Assembly: GCA_963663025.1 (NCBI GenBank)
Contig: OY760073.1
Location: forward strand, 937,354 to 1,001,353
DNA from: Dehalococcoidia bacterium
GTDB lineage: Bacteria; Chloroflexota; Dehalococcoidia; Lucifugimonadales; JAGWBF01
DNA: 64,000 nt
Direction: 5' to 3'
In this document: positions 36,324 through 45,466 of the stretch, piece by piece
Layout of the letters: every line of letters starts with the position of its first letter
Numbering within the stretch: position 1 is the first letter of the stretch
Made by a program: the position numbers and the translations under genes
Notes under the pieces: generated by a model
Seen by the model: only the letters and a program-made list of their open reading frames with translations
Databases searched by the model: none
Told to the model about the DNA's origin: nothing

Positions 36324-37091
36324 CTACCGGCGGGCAACCTGCGCGGTGATGCAGGCAATCTCTACGAACTCGTCGGCTCGCAGGCTGGAGCCGCCACAAA
36401 GGGAGCCATGCACCCCTTCTATTGACGCGAACTGGGCGGCGTTTTCGGCAGTAACGCTGCCTCCGTACAGGAGCGGAACGCCGGAGGCCGCCGGTTTGCC
36501 GTGGGTCATGGCCAAGCTCTCGAATATGGCGCCGGCGATCACTTCACGGGCTATCTCCGGCGTTGCCGCCACCCCGCTCCCTATGGCCCAGACTGGTTCG
36601 TAGGCTACCACCAGCTGGCTGATGTCAGTTATGTCTAGCAGGCCAGCGCTCACCTGGGTGTCGATGACAGCTTCTACTCTGCCTTGCTCCCGCTGTTCCA
36701 GGGTTTCGCCGACACAGAGTATGGGCCGGATCCCCATTGACAGGGCGGCCTTTACCTTGAGGTTGATCTTCTCCTCGGTCTCGCCGAAGTACTGCCGTCG
36801 TTCTGAATGCCCCAGGATCACGTACTGGCATATGCCCGACAACATCTGCGCCGAAACCTCGCCTGTGTAGGCGCCCTTCTCTTCATGGTGCATATTCTGC
36901 GCCCCTATGCTGATGGGGCTGCCCTCCATCACCTTGCTTACGGCATGGAGGGAGACGAAGGGTGGGCAAAGGACGACGTCAACCGGTGGTAAGGGATCCA
37001 AGGCGGCCCTGATCTGCTTTGCCAGGGCCACGCCCTCGGCCACCGAGGTGTTCATCTTCCAGTTTCCTACGACCATGGGACTGGGCATCAC
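36324..37091 (-). CDS. tpiA: triosephosphate isomerase
   Basis: VVGNWKMN...GAQNMH...GAYTGEVS...ILGHSERR...AYEPVWAIGSG. Confidence 0.93.
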   Translation of the reverse strand: MMPSPMVVGNWKMNTSVAEGVALAKQIRAALDPLPPVDVVLCPPFVSLHAVSKVMEGSPISIGAQNMHHEEKGAYTGEVSAQMLSGICQYVILGHSERRQYFGETEEKINLKVKAALSMGIRPILCVGETLEQREQGRVEAVIDTQVSAGLLDITDISQLVVAYEPVWAIGSGVAATPEIAREVIAGAIFESLAMTHGKPAASGVPLLYGGSVTAENAAQFASIEGVHGSLCGGSSLRADEFVEIACITAQVARR

Positions 37092-37122
37092 TTATCTCCC
37101 AGACCGGGTAGTGCTGTGCAGC

Positions 37123-38328
37123 TTAGGCGCCGTACTTGGTCAGCTTGCCTGCGTGGGCCAGGGCCAGCAGCATTATCTGGGTGGCCGGAAACCTTCCCAA
37201 GCTGCCCGTACGGCAGCTCCGTTCCGAGAACGACTCCACCCCTTCTCCCAATGTCCAGCGCGAGTGCAGAAGAAAGGGAACGGGGTGCCAGCTATGGGCA
37301 GCCATTATGGCTGGAGTGGCATGGTCTCCGGCTACGATGAACACATCCGGCTTCAGCTCCAGCAACTTGGGGATGTAGGAGTCCAGCTCCTCCAGGGCTG
37401 CTACCTTGCCGGAGAAGCTGCCGTCTTCTCCTGCTGCATCCGATGGCTTGTAGTGGATGTAAAAGTAGTCATGGCTGGCGTAGTGCTGATGGAGGGTTTC
37501 TACCTCATCAGCGAATGTGCGGCCGGTGGAGAGCACCTCCATCCCCGCGATGGACGCCAGCCCCCGGTACATAGGATAGGAGGCAATCGCTACGGGAGAA
37601 AGGTTGTAGGAGGTTGCCATGGAAGGCAAGTTGGGCGGGCCGGCAAACCCCCGGAGAAGCACCATGTTTGCCACCTCTTCATCCTTCAGCACCTCCCGGG
37701 CCTGGGTCACGAACTGGTTGGCCACTTGGGCTGTCTTGGAGCCTTCGGGCGACGTGGCAAGCACGTCCAGGGGAGCCTCACCGGTACGCTGGGGGTCGGT
37801 CTCGGTTACCTGGTCGCTCAGACCTTCTCCGCTCATGAGCAGTACGAAACGATAGCCTTCCACTGGGTACACCCGGATGGCTGCACCCTCAATCGAGATC
37901 TGGTCAAGCCTCTGGCATAGAGGCGCCGATATCTCGGTAGAGATGCGTCCGGCCCTGCGGTCCGACAGGAGTCCCTCGGAATCGATGGTGCAGAAGTTGC
38001 CCCTGGCGGCTACTTGGCCTTGCTTCAGGTCTAAACCCACGCCGAGGGCTTCGAGGGCGCCCCTCCCGATTTTGTATTTCAGGGGGTCGTAGCCGAAGAG
38101 GGCCAGGTGCCCCGGCCCGCTGCCGGGGGAGATGCCCGGAAGAACGGGCACGGTCACACCGCAGGAACTGGTGCCTGCCAGATTGTCCAGGTGGGGCGTA
38201 TGGGCGGTCTCCAGCTCGGACAAACGGGTATCGCCATTGGGCAGCCCACCCAACCCATCGGCCACCAGCATGATTATCTTCGAGGGGGTACTAACACTGC
38301 ACTCATCCAGCACTTCCGCGCCAATCAT
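37123..38328 (-). CDS. apgM: cofactor-independent phosphoglycerate mutase, archaeal type
   Basis: IIMLVADGLGGLP...TPHLDNLA...PGSGPGHLALFGYDP...VAGDHATP. ATG 38328 follows AAAGGAAAG. The upstream 60 codons of the track ORF overlap pgk and are rejected. Confidence 0.85.
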   Translation of the reverse strand: MIGAEVLDECSVSTPSKIIMLVADGLGGLPNGDTRLSELETAHTPHLDNLAGTSSCGVTVPVLPGISPGSGPGHLALFGYDPLKYKIGRGALEALGVGLDLKQGQVAARGNFCTIDSEGLLSDRRAGRISTEISAPLCQRLDQISIEGAAIRVYPVEGYRFVLLMSGEGLSDQVTETDPQRTGEAPLDVLATSPEGSKTAQVANQFVTQAREVLKDEEVANMVLLRGFAGPPNLPSMATSYNLSPVAIASYPMYRGLASIAGMEVLSTGRTFADEVETLHQHYASHDYFYIHYKPSDAAGEDGSFSGKVAALEELDSYIPKLLELKPDVFIVAGDHATPAIMAAHSWHPVPFLLHSRWTLGEGVESFSERSCRTGSLGRFPATQIMLLALAHAGKLTKYGA

Positions 38329-38342
38329 GACTTTCCTTTCAG

Positions 38343-39536
38343 CTAAGCGTCCGGTATGGCAGCGAGGCCAGGCAGGTCCTTTCCTTCCAGGAACTCCAGG
38401 GATGCCCCGCCCCCAGTGGAAACGTGGGCCATCCGTTCCCCGATGCCCATCTCCTCCACAACCTCGGCCGTGGACCCGCCTCCAACGATCACCACTCCCC
38501 CGGAACATGCCAGGGCGGACGCGATTGTCCGGGTTCCCTGGGAAAAGGGGTCATACTCGAACACACCCATAGGCCCGTTCCATACTACCGTTTTGCACTC
38601 CTGGAGGTTGCGGGAGAAGGCCTCGGTGGTGGTAGGGCCGATGTCCATCACGTGCCACTGCTCGGGCACCTGGTCCACAGGCACCGTCTTCACATTTTGG
38701 GCATCTGCTCCAAATTTGTCTGCTACCACAACGTCGGAAGGGAGATGCACCGAGGTGCCTCGATCTCCAGCCTTTTCCAAAATGCGTCGGGCGAAGCCAA
38801 CATCTTCCTGGTCGGTTTGAGAGGCTCCGGTAGAGAGGCCCTGGGCCTGGAGGAAGGCATTGGCCATCCCGCCGCCGATGAAGAGCCTGTCGATCCTAGT
38901 CAGAAGGTTGTCCAGCACCCTTATCTTGTCCTCGACCTTTGCGCCGCCGAGGAGAGCGCCCAGGGGTCTTTCGGGGTTGCCCAGCACCTTGCCGAGCATC
39001 TCCACTTCCCGATGGACGAGCTTGCCCGCGGCGGTGGGCAGAAGCTGTGGAACTCCCACTGTGGAGGCGTGGGCCCTGTGTGCGACACCGAAGGCATCCA
39101 TCACAAAGAGGTCGGCCAAGCGTGCAAGACTCCCGGAGAAATCGGGGTCGTTGGCCTCCTCTCCAGGATGAAACCGGAGGTTCTCCAACACAAGCACATC
39201 GCCGCCGTTCATGAACCCTATTGCATCTTCCACGGCAGGGCCGATGCAATTATCAACGCAGGCGGCATTCGTCCCCATAAGGATAGAAAGCTGCTCAACC
39301 ACGGGAGCCATACGCAGACCTTCGACCACCTTGCCCTTGGGCCTGCCCAGGTGGGAGCAGATGATCGTTCGTGCCCCCTTGCGTCGCAGATGTTCGATGG
39401 TGGGCAGCGATGCCTTCAGGCGGTGTGTGTAGTGGGCCAGTCCGTCAATGCCCTGCTCGATAGGGACATTGAAGTCCACCCTCACCAGGACTCGGGCGCC
39501 CTCTACATCGATGTCGTCCAGTCCTTGCTTTGCCAC
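38343..39536 (-). CDS. pgk: phosphoglycerate kinase
   Basis: RVDFNVPI...SHLGRPKG...GGGMANAFL...WNGPMGVFE...GGGSTA. Confidence 0.95.
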   Translation of the reverse strand: MAKQGLDDIDVEGARVLVRVDFNVPIEQGIDGLAHYTHRLKASLPTIEHLRRKGARTIICSHLGRPKGKVVEGLRMAPVVEQLSILMGTNAACVDNCIGPAVEDAIGFMNGGDVLVLENLRFHPGEEANDPDFSGSLARLADLFVMDAFGVAHRAHASTVGVPQLLPTAAGKLVHREVEMLGKVLGNPERPLGALLGGAKVEDKIRVLDNLLTRIDRLFIGGGMANAFLQAQGLSTGASQTDQEDVGFARRILEKAGDRGTSVHLPSDVVVADKFGADAQNVKTVPVDQVPEQWHVMDIGPTTTEAFSRNLQECKTVVWNGPMGVFEYDPFSQGTRTIASALACSGGVVIVGGGSTAEVVEEMGIGERMAHVSTGGGASLEFLEGKDLPGLAAIPDA

Positions 39537-39538
39537 CG

Positions 39539-40561
39539 CTAGATGGCCTCCAGAGTTATGTGATGGGCCACATCCCGCACAGATTGAAGGTCTCCACGGG
39601 CGGAGAGACTTGCCAGGCAGCTATCGGCCCGGCTTCGGTGCTCTGCTGCAACCTCCAAGGACTGCTTGCGAGCGTCGACGCTCTCTAGTATCTCCAGGGC
39701 TTTGGTTATGTCGTTGGGTTCCAGCACCCGCTTCCTGTAGATGCCGTCCAGCTCTCGGCTTGCGGTAGCGTTGCCGTTCTCCACGATTTGGACTATGGGA
39801 AAGAGTTTCTTCTTCCCCAGCAAGCTGTCCGAATGCTCACCGTTTCCGTGCTTTGGCCACAGCATCTCAATGTCCTGGGCAATTTGCGCCGCCACACCAA
39901 GGCTGCGACCGAACTCGCGGAAGGCGTCTATAGTCCGGGTGTCCCCGCCGGCCGCTACGGCTCCCAGCGCTGCTGCGCACGATACTATGGAGCCCGTCTT
40001 GGAGGAGGCCATCTTCAGATACTGGTCTGTGCTGACGGTGGCCCGGTCTCGCAACGACAGGTCCAGGTGCTGCCCTTCGCACATTTCAAGGCAGCTCTGG
40101 TCCAGCAGGCGCAATCCTTCTATGGTTGCTTCAACAGTCAGACCGCGGCCAACCAAGTCCATGAGGGCCAGGCGGGCGAGGGCATGCATTCCGTCTCCGG
40201 CATTTATCGCCTGGCCGGGACCCCAGATCCACCACACCGATGTTCTCCCATCCCTTTGGGGGCTGCCCGCCTGTACATCTTCGTGGATCTGGATGAACCC
40301 ATCGACCAGTGCCATGCAGGCGGCCGATGGCAGCGCCTGCGCGAAGGAGTCGGTCAAGCTGGAGCACACCGCCAAGGGCAAATAGGCAAGGTGCTGGTCC
40401 TTTGGAGAAGCAGTTGAAGGTGAGCCGCTCTCGTCAGCCCAACCAAGCTGGTATGCCAGCACCTGGTACAGGATTCCCTCCTTCCCGTCCACACTCCTGC
40501 GCAGCTCGGCTTGAAGGGCTGTACCGTATTCTCGAAGGGCGTTGTTGGATGACGATGACAT
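39539..40561 (-). CDS. polyprenyl synthetase-family protein with degenerate Asp-rich motifs
   Basis: The overall pattern is trans-prenyltransferase-like (..ALVDGFIQIHEDVQAG..RDGRTSVWWIWGPGQAINAGDGMH..KTGSIVSCAA..GVAAQIAQDIEML). Both DDxxD motifs are replaced, by EDVQAG and QDIEM. Confidence 0.65.
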   Translation of the reverse strand: MSSSSNNALREYGTALQAELRRSVDGKEGILYQVLAYQLGWADESGSPSTASPKDQHLAYLPLAVCSSLTDSFAQALPSAACMALVDGFIQIHEDVQAGSPQRDGRTSVWWIWGPGQAINAGDGMHALARLALMDLVGRGLTVEATIEGLRLLDQSCLEMCEGQHLDLSLRDRATVSTDQYLKMASSKTGSIVSCAAALGAVAAGGDTRTIDAFREFGRSLGVAAQIAQDIEMLWPKHGNGEHSDSLLGKKKLFPIVQIVENGNATASRELDGIYRKRVLEPNDITKALEILESVDARKQSLEVAAEHRSRADSCLASLSARGDLQSVRDVAHHITLEAI

Positions 40562-40606
40562 TCGGTCTCTGGATGCGGAATTCTTACCCGGCGATGTCAG
40601 GCCGGA

Positions 40607-41239
40607 CTATCCGGCTGGCGCTAGTGACAGGTTGCAAATGGATTCGATGCTTGTAACATCCACATCGCCGGCCCTCACGAGGGTGGGAAGCTCTGTGGTG
40701 AGATCAAGAATTGTGGATGCGGTTCCCGAGGGTGCAGGCCCATCTTCCACCACATGGTCCACCCGGTCGCCCAACGCCTGCTTCACTTCCTGCCAGGAAG
40801 ATAGATTGTCACCCCCGGTGATGTTGGCGCTGGTGCCTGTAACGGGGCCGCCGAAGCCTTCGATCATGGCCAAGGCAACAGGGTGATTGGGCATCCTGAT
40901 GCCCAGGGTGTTCCGTCCTCCGCTGACCAGGTCGGGTACATCCTTCGAGCGGTTAAGGATGATGGTGAGAGCGCCCGGCCAGAAGCGATCAGCCAGCTCC
41001 CACGCAACGTCGGGCACGTTTATGGCTACTCTGGACAGGTCGCTGGGGGAGGAGATGAGGACCGGCATTGGCATGCCTACGGGCCTTTCCTTGATGGCGA
41101 AGACCCGTTCGACGGCAGGGATGCAAAACACGTCGGCGCCCAGTCCGTACAGGGTATCAGTGGGGAAAGCCGCCACGCCACCGGAGCGTAGGACCTGGAC
41201 GGCCTTTTCCGTTCCCCGGGAACCAGCAGCTTCCATCAC
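40607..41239 (-). CDS. tsaC: L-threonylcarbamoyladenylate synthase (TsaC/YwlC/Sua5 family)
   Basis: GGVAAFPTDTLYGLGADVF...VFAIKERP...FWPGALTIIL. Confidence 0.88.
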   Translation of the reverse strand: MMEAAGSRGTEKAVQVLRSGGVAAFPTDTLYGLGADVFCIPAVERVFAIKERPVGMPMPVLISSPSDLSRVAINVPDVAWELADRFWPGALTIILNRSKDVPDLVSGGRNTLGIRMPNHPVALAMIEGFGGPVTGTSANITGGDNLSSWQEVKQALGDRVDHVVEDGPAPSGTASTILDLTTELPTLVRAGDVDVTSIESICNLSLAPAG

Positions 41240-41279
41240 CAGACTTGCCGTTGACCCCTTTCAGCCGAGGAGATTGGCA

Positions 41280-41549
41280 TCATTCTACAGGTGAAGGTAC
41301 CCACTGTAGAGCTCCACTCGACCATATTAGGCAGCTAAACTTCACCATCCCGCGAAGGTCATTGTGGGATAGATTTACATTTTCGAGATCCATGAGATAA
41401 ATGAGCGCGTCATCGCTCATGTCGTTTAACACGGCTTGACAAGTTGCATAGAATTCAGAGTCGTATTTAGACTCATATTTAGACGCCCCCTGACACGCTA
41501 ACAGGAACAAAGATACCAAGAGCAACAATGCTATCAATGTTCTACGCAT
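41280..41549 (-). CDS. small putative lipoprotein (hypothetical)
   Basis: MRRTLIALLLLVSLFLLAC has a signal peptide plus an L-L-A-C lipobox. The gene is visibly AT-richer than its flanks. GAAGGTG lies upstream of the ATG. Confidence 0.5.
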   Translation of the reverse strand: MRRTLIALLLLVSLFLLACQGASKYESKYDSEFYATCQAVLNDMSDDALIYLMDLENVNLSHNDLRGMVKFSCLIWSSGALQWVPSPVE

Positions 41550-41571
41550 ATCACACCTTCAAGGTTACGGC

Positions 41572-41600
41572 GAAGCCGACCCCCGCCAGGGGTCGGCTTC
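41572..41600. other. perfect 12-bp inverted repeat / stem-loop in a divergent intergenic region
   Basis: GAAGCCGACCCC-CGCCA-GGGGTCGGCTTC, with no flanking T or A tract. Confidence 0.6.
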
Positions 41601-41666
41601 ATCCTGCCCTGTCTAAGGACACTACACCGCTATTCAAACTGATACGCTACCAGGAGATAGGTATTC

Positions 41667-41695
41667 TTGACCGAGTATAGCACAGGTGCTAAGCT
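41667..41695 (+). promoter_or_regulatory. candidate sigma70-type promoter for guaA (TTGACC-17-TAAGCT)
   Basis: TTGACC at 41667-41672 and TAAGCT at 41690-41695, about 35 nt upstream of GTG 41729. Confidence 0.35.
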
Positions 41696-41728
41696 TGGGT
41701 CGAACCTTCAGGCGGAGGTTGGGCGAGC

Positions 41729-43399
41729 GTGACGGAAGGCAGCAACTCTTCTCCCAGTCGGCGCATTTCTACTACCGGCGATGTCGAGGTTTCCACATAC
41801 CTTGGGATCGCCAGCGCACAAAAGGGCGCCGAAGCAACCACTGAACAACTCTCCGGTTCCATCGATGAAGCTGTCCTGATAGTCGACTTCGGCTCTCAGT
41901 ACAGCCGGCTAATTGCAAGGCGGGTCAGGGAGCTAAAAGTGTATTGCGAGATCGTGGCCCCCGATGCGTCTTGGGAGCAGGTCCGCCATACCAACCCCAA
42001 GGGCGTAATTCTTTCCGGCGGGCCTGCCAGCGTCTATGACGATGAAGCGCCCCTGGCCCCTCCGTGGGTGTACGAACGCAACATCCCTGTTCTCGGCATC
42101 TGCTACGGCATGCAGGTGCTGGCCCATCAGCTGGGTGGGCGAGTCATACCGGGGCAGAGGCGGGAGTACGGCCATGCGGTGCTGTACCAGAACATCTCCG
42201 ACTCGGTGATCTTTGCCAACCTGCCCTCCGCGCTACCTGTGTGGATGAGCCACGGTGACCAGATAGAGCAGTTGCCTCCCGGATTCGCCTCGCTGGGCTA
42301 CACCGACAACTCTCCCATAGCGGTGATGGGCAACGACAGCAGGATATTCGGCCTGCAGTTCCATCCCGAGGTGGTGCACACCGAGCAGGGCAAGGCTTTC
42401 CTGGAGAACTTCTTGTACCGGGTGTGCGGCTGCAGGCAGACCTGGACCTCCTCCAACTTCGTCAAGCGGACAGTCGATTCAATTGCCGAGCAGGTTGGCG
42501 ATGGGAAGGTCATCTGCGCTCTGTCCGGCGGGGTGGACTCCACTGTCACTGCCACCCTGGTGCACCAGGCTGTGGGGAACCAGCTAACCTGCATATTCGT
42601 CAATAATGGCCTCCTTCGAAGGGAGGAGCCCGAGAGAGTGCTGGGTGTCTTAGGCAGGAACCTCCAGTTGAACCTGGTCCATGTGAACGCCGAAGACCGC
42701 TTCCTGGGGCGCCTCACCGGGATTATCGATCCTGAAGAGAAACGAAAGCGGGTTGGCGAAGAGTTCATCAGGGTGTTCGAAGAAGCGGCCTCGGAGCTGG
42801 AGGGCACCGAGTTCCTGGCCCAAGGCACCCTCTATCCCGATGTGATTGAAAGCAGGACGTCCGAGAACAAGGCGGCTTCGAGGATCAAGACCCACCACAA
42901 CGTCGGCGGCCTGCCGGCGAACATGAGGCTGAGTTTGGTCGAACCACTCAGGTACCTGTTCAAGGATGAAGTGAGGGATGTGGGCTTGGCCCTGGGACTG
43001 CCGCCCGAGATGGTGAATCGGCAGCCGTTTCCCGGGCCGGGGCTGGCCATAAGGATTATCGGGGATGTTACGAAGGAGAAGCTGGAGATACTCAGAGCGT
43101 GCGACTGGATCGTCATGGATGAGATCAAAGGGGCTAATCTCTACGACCAGCTTTGGCAGAGCTTCGCTGTCCTTACTGATAGTCGTAGCGTGGGGGTCAT
43201 GGGGGACTTTCGCACCTACAGGCATGTCGTCGCCATCCGTGCCGTGAACAGCGAGGATGCTATGACGGCCGACTGGGTGCGCCTGCCCTACGAGGTTCTG
43301 GCCAAGATTTCCAACCGCATCGTCAACGAAGTCCCCGAGGTGAACCGGGTGGTGTATGACATCACCGCCAAGCCACCTGGGACCATTGAGTGGGAGTAG
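41729..43399 (+). CDS. guaA: GMP synthase (glutamine-hydrolysing)
   Basis: LIVDFGSQYSRLIARRVRE...GICYGMQ...SGGVDSTV...C-terminal PPGTIEWE. GTG 41729 lies 10 nt after GGAGG, giving an N-terminal extension of about 50 aa. There is no canonical start closer to the GATase domain. Confidence 0.9.
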   Translation: MTEGSNSSPSRRISTTGDVEVSTYLGIASAQKGAEATTEQLSGSIDEAVLIVDFGSQYSRLIARRVRELKVYCEIVAPDASWEQVRHTNPKGVILSGGPASVYDDEAPLAPPWVYERNIPVLGICYGMQVLAHQLGGRVIPGQRREYGHAVLYQNISDSVIFANLPSALPVWMSHGDQIEQLPPGFASLGYTDNSPIAVMGNDSRIFGLQFHPEVVHTEQGKAFLENFLYRVCGCRQTWTSSNFVKRTVDSIAEQVGDGKVICALSGGVDSTVTATLVHQAVGNQLTCIFVNNGLLRREEPERVLGVLGRNLQLNLVHVNAEDRFLGRLTGIIDPEEKRKRVGEEFIRVFEEAASELEGTEFLAQGTLYPDVIESRTSENKAASRIKTHHNVGGLPANMRLSLVEPLRYLFKDEVRDVGLALGLPPEMVNRQPFPGPGLAIRIIGDVTKEKLEILRACDWIVMDEIKGANLYDQLWQSFAVLTDSRSVGVMGDFRTYRHVVAIRAVNSEDAMTADWVRLPYEVLAKISNRIVNEVPEVNRVVYDITAKPPGTIEWE

Positions 43400-43499
43400 G
43401 ACTGACGATTCCTCCTACAGCCCAATTCGGACCCAGAAACCCCTGGCCAGTTGGCCCAATTCTTGTTGGCGATTCATTTCCATTCCGGAGATCGGCCCG

Positions 43500-44783
43500 A
43501 TGAAGGTAATGGTGGTTGGGTCAGGGGCGCGAGAGCATGCCATGGTGTGGAAGCTGGCCCAGAGCCCCTCGGTCGGCTCCATAATTACGGTGCCCGGCAA
43601 CGGCGGTACTTCCACCCTAAGCACCAACGTTCCGGCTAATCTATCTGAACTACAAGGTCTGGTGGACATCGCCCGGCAGCATGGTGTCGATTTCACCATT
43701 GTTGGGCCGGACAATCCCCTGGCGGACGGGGTTGTCGATCTTTTCCAGGAGCAGGGCTTGTTCGTCTTCGGCCCCAGCCGCGCGGCAGCCCGCATCGAAT
43801 GGAGCAAGTCCTTCGCCGGAAAGCTTATGGAAGAGAACAACATCCCCCGTCCGGAACGGAAGGTCTTTGAACGGTACGCCGATGCCCGGTATTACGTGGA
43901 CAGGCACAGCGGGCCTGTCGTTGTGAAGGCCGATGGGTTGGCCCTGGGTAAAGGAGTCTTTATATGCCGGGACCGGGAGGAAGCCCTCGATGCGCTGGAT
44001 CAGTGCATGGTAGCCAGGAGCTTCGGCCCTGCCGGAGACAGGGTACTTCTGGAAGAGTATCTGGAGGGGCAGGAAGTCAGTGTGTTCGCCTTCTCTGACG
44101 GGAAGAACATCTCCCCCCTGATGGCAGCATGTGACCACAAGCGCATACACGACGGTGACAAGGGGCCGAACACGGGAGGCATGGGCAGCTATGCGGTGCC
44201 CGAGTTCTGGACGCGCGAGCTAGAGGAGGAAGTCAGGGACGACATCGTTGCTCCGACCATCAATGCCCTGGCCGACCTTGGCGCACCATTCAAGGGCATG
44301 CTCTATGCAGGCCTCATGATCACATCTGCTGGCCCGCGGGTCCTGGAGTTCAACTCCAGGTTCGGCGACCCAGAGGCGCAGGTGATCCTTCCCCTGCTGG
44401 AGACGGACTTGCTAGAGGCAGCATGTGCCTCTGCCGAGGGCAACCTCGATGGCGTCGACGTCAGGTGGCGTAGGGGTAGCTGCGTTGGCGTGGTCCTCGC
44501 TTCGCCGGGGTATCCTGGCGACTATCCCACAGGGTATGAGATTCATGGCCTGGCCGATCTGGATGACGATGTTATAGCATTCCATGCGGGAACCAAGGTG
44601 GAAAGCCGAGCCGCCGGCGATGTCCTGGTCACCGGCGGGGGCCGGGTGATGACCATAGTGGCCGAAGGACCTAACCTCGAAGAGGCGAGAATCAAGGTAT
44701 ACGACAATGTCCGTAAGGTCAGCTTCCCAGGTGTCCAGTATCGGAGGGACATCGCCATTCCGGGGGTCTCAGCGGTGCGATGA
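43500..44783 (+). CDS. purD: phosphoribosylamine--glycine ligase
   Basis: MKVMVVGSGAREHAMVWKLAQSP...GPNTGGMGSY...EFNSRFGDPE. The upstream 48 codons of the track ORF overlap guaA and are rejected. Confidence 0.93.
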   Translation: MKVMVVGSGAREHAMVWKLAQSPSVGSIITVPGNGGTSTLSTNVPANLSELQGLVDIARQHGVDFTIVGPDNPLADGVVDLFQEQGLFVFGPSRAAARIEWSKSFAGKLMEENNIPRPERKVFERYADARYYVDRHSGPVVVKADGLALGKGVFICRDREEALDALDQCMVARSFGPAGDRVLLEEYLEGQEVSVFAFSDGKNISPLMAACDHKRIHDGDKGPNTGGMGSYAVPEFWTRELEEEVRDDIVAPTINALADLGAPFKGMLYAGLMITSAGPRVLEFNSRFGDPEAQVILPLLETDLLEAACASAEGNLDGVDVRWRRGSCVGVVLASPGYPGDYPTGYEIHGLADLDDDVIAFHAGTKVESRAAGDVLVTGGGRVMTIVAEGPNLEEARIKVYDNVRKVSFPGVQYRRDIAIPGVSAVR

Positions 44784-45454
44784 CGGACCAGCCCATGTCC
44801 ACTCAAGGCCAGGTAAGCACTGCTCCCTTTCGAAGGCGAGGCCCATCAATAGCGAGAGCGGCGGAGGCTTTCCGCGCCCAAGTTCTGCACATGTCCGCAA
44901 TGGACCGTTGGAACAGGATTGGCCAGTTTCAGGGCTGGCTACAGCAAAGCTCTCTGCAGCACCTGACCCTGGAGCAGGCGCAGGTGTTGTACTCCGCCTC
45001 CGGTGGCCGTAAAGGGAAGGAGTTCAAGTCCAACTCCCCGGAGGAGGTGCGGGACTCCATAGACTTCCTGCTGTACGACCCGCTCAGCCTGGACGGGCGC
45101 TTCTCCGAGTGCGTAGACCCCGAAGGGGCTTACACGCTGAAAGGATGCGGGAAGAGCTTCGTGTCATACTTGCTTTGCGTCCGCTATCCTCAGCTCTTTG
45201 GCCACTGGTCGTCCTACTCCGACAAGTCTCTTTCTATGCTGGGCACGGCGCGCCCGAAGGCCCGCAAGATGGCACAAGGCCAGGGCACAACTTATGTGCA
45301 GTACCTTGACGTGCTCTGGTCGGTGAGGAAGGCTGCAGGTATGGCAGATTTCCCGGAGCTTGACCGGTTCTTGTGGTGGCTGTCAAGGGAGGGGAAAGCG
45401 AGAAGCCCGTCCGAGAATGGACGGGACCCGGAATCCAAGATTCATAGAAATTAG
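44780..45454 (+). CDS. hypothetical protein embedded between purD and purE
   Basis: 224-codon ORF. ATG 44780 overlaps the purD stop (ATGA). Its stop sits inside the purE SD (TAGGAGG). Core motif: LKGCGKSFVSYLLCVRYPQLFGHWS. Confidence 0.6.
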   Translation: MTDQPMSTQGQVSTAPFRRRGPSIARAAEAFRAQVLHMSAMDRWNRIGQFQGWLQQSSLQHLTLEQAQVLYSASGGRKGKEFKSNSPEEVRDSIDFLLYDPLSLDGRFSECVDPEGAYTLKGCGKSFVSYLLCVRYPQLFGHWSSYSDKSLSMLGTARPKARKMAQGQGTTYVQYLDVLWSVRKAAGMADFPELDRFLWWLSREGKARSPSENGRDPESKIHRN

Positions 45455-45466
45455 GAGGAACCTTCG

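Noticed and set aside
41601-41728. Purine or ZTP (pfl) riboswitch upstream of guaA, and likewise upstream of the NCS2 permease (18956-19141).
   Set aside because: The sequences do not show the conserved purine-riboswitch junction (UAUAAUCGCG...CCGACUAUG) or the ZTP CCGCCUGGGC-type elements. This was a by-eye check only, so cmscan would be the proper test.
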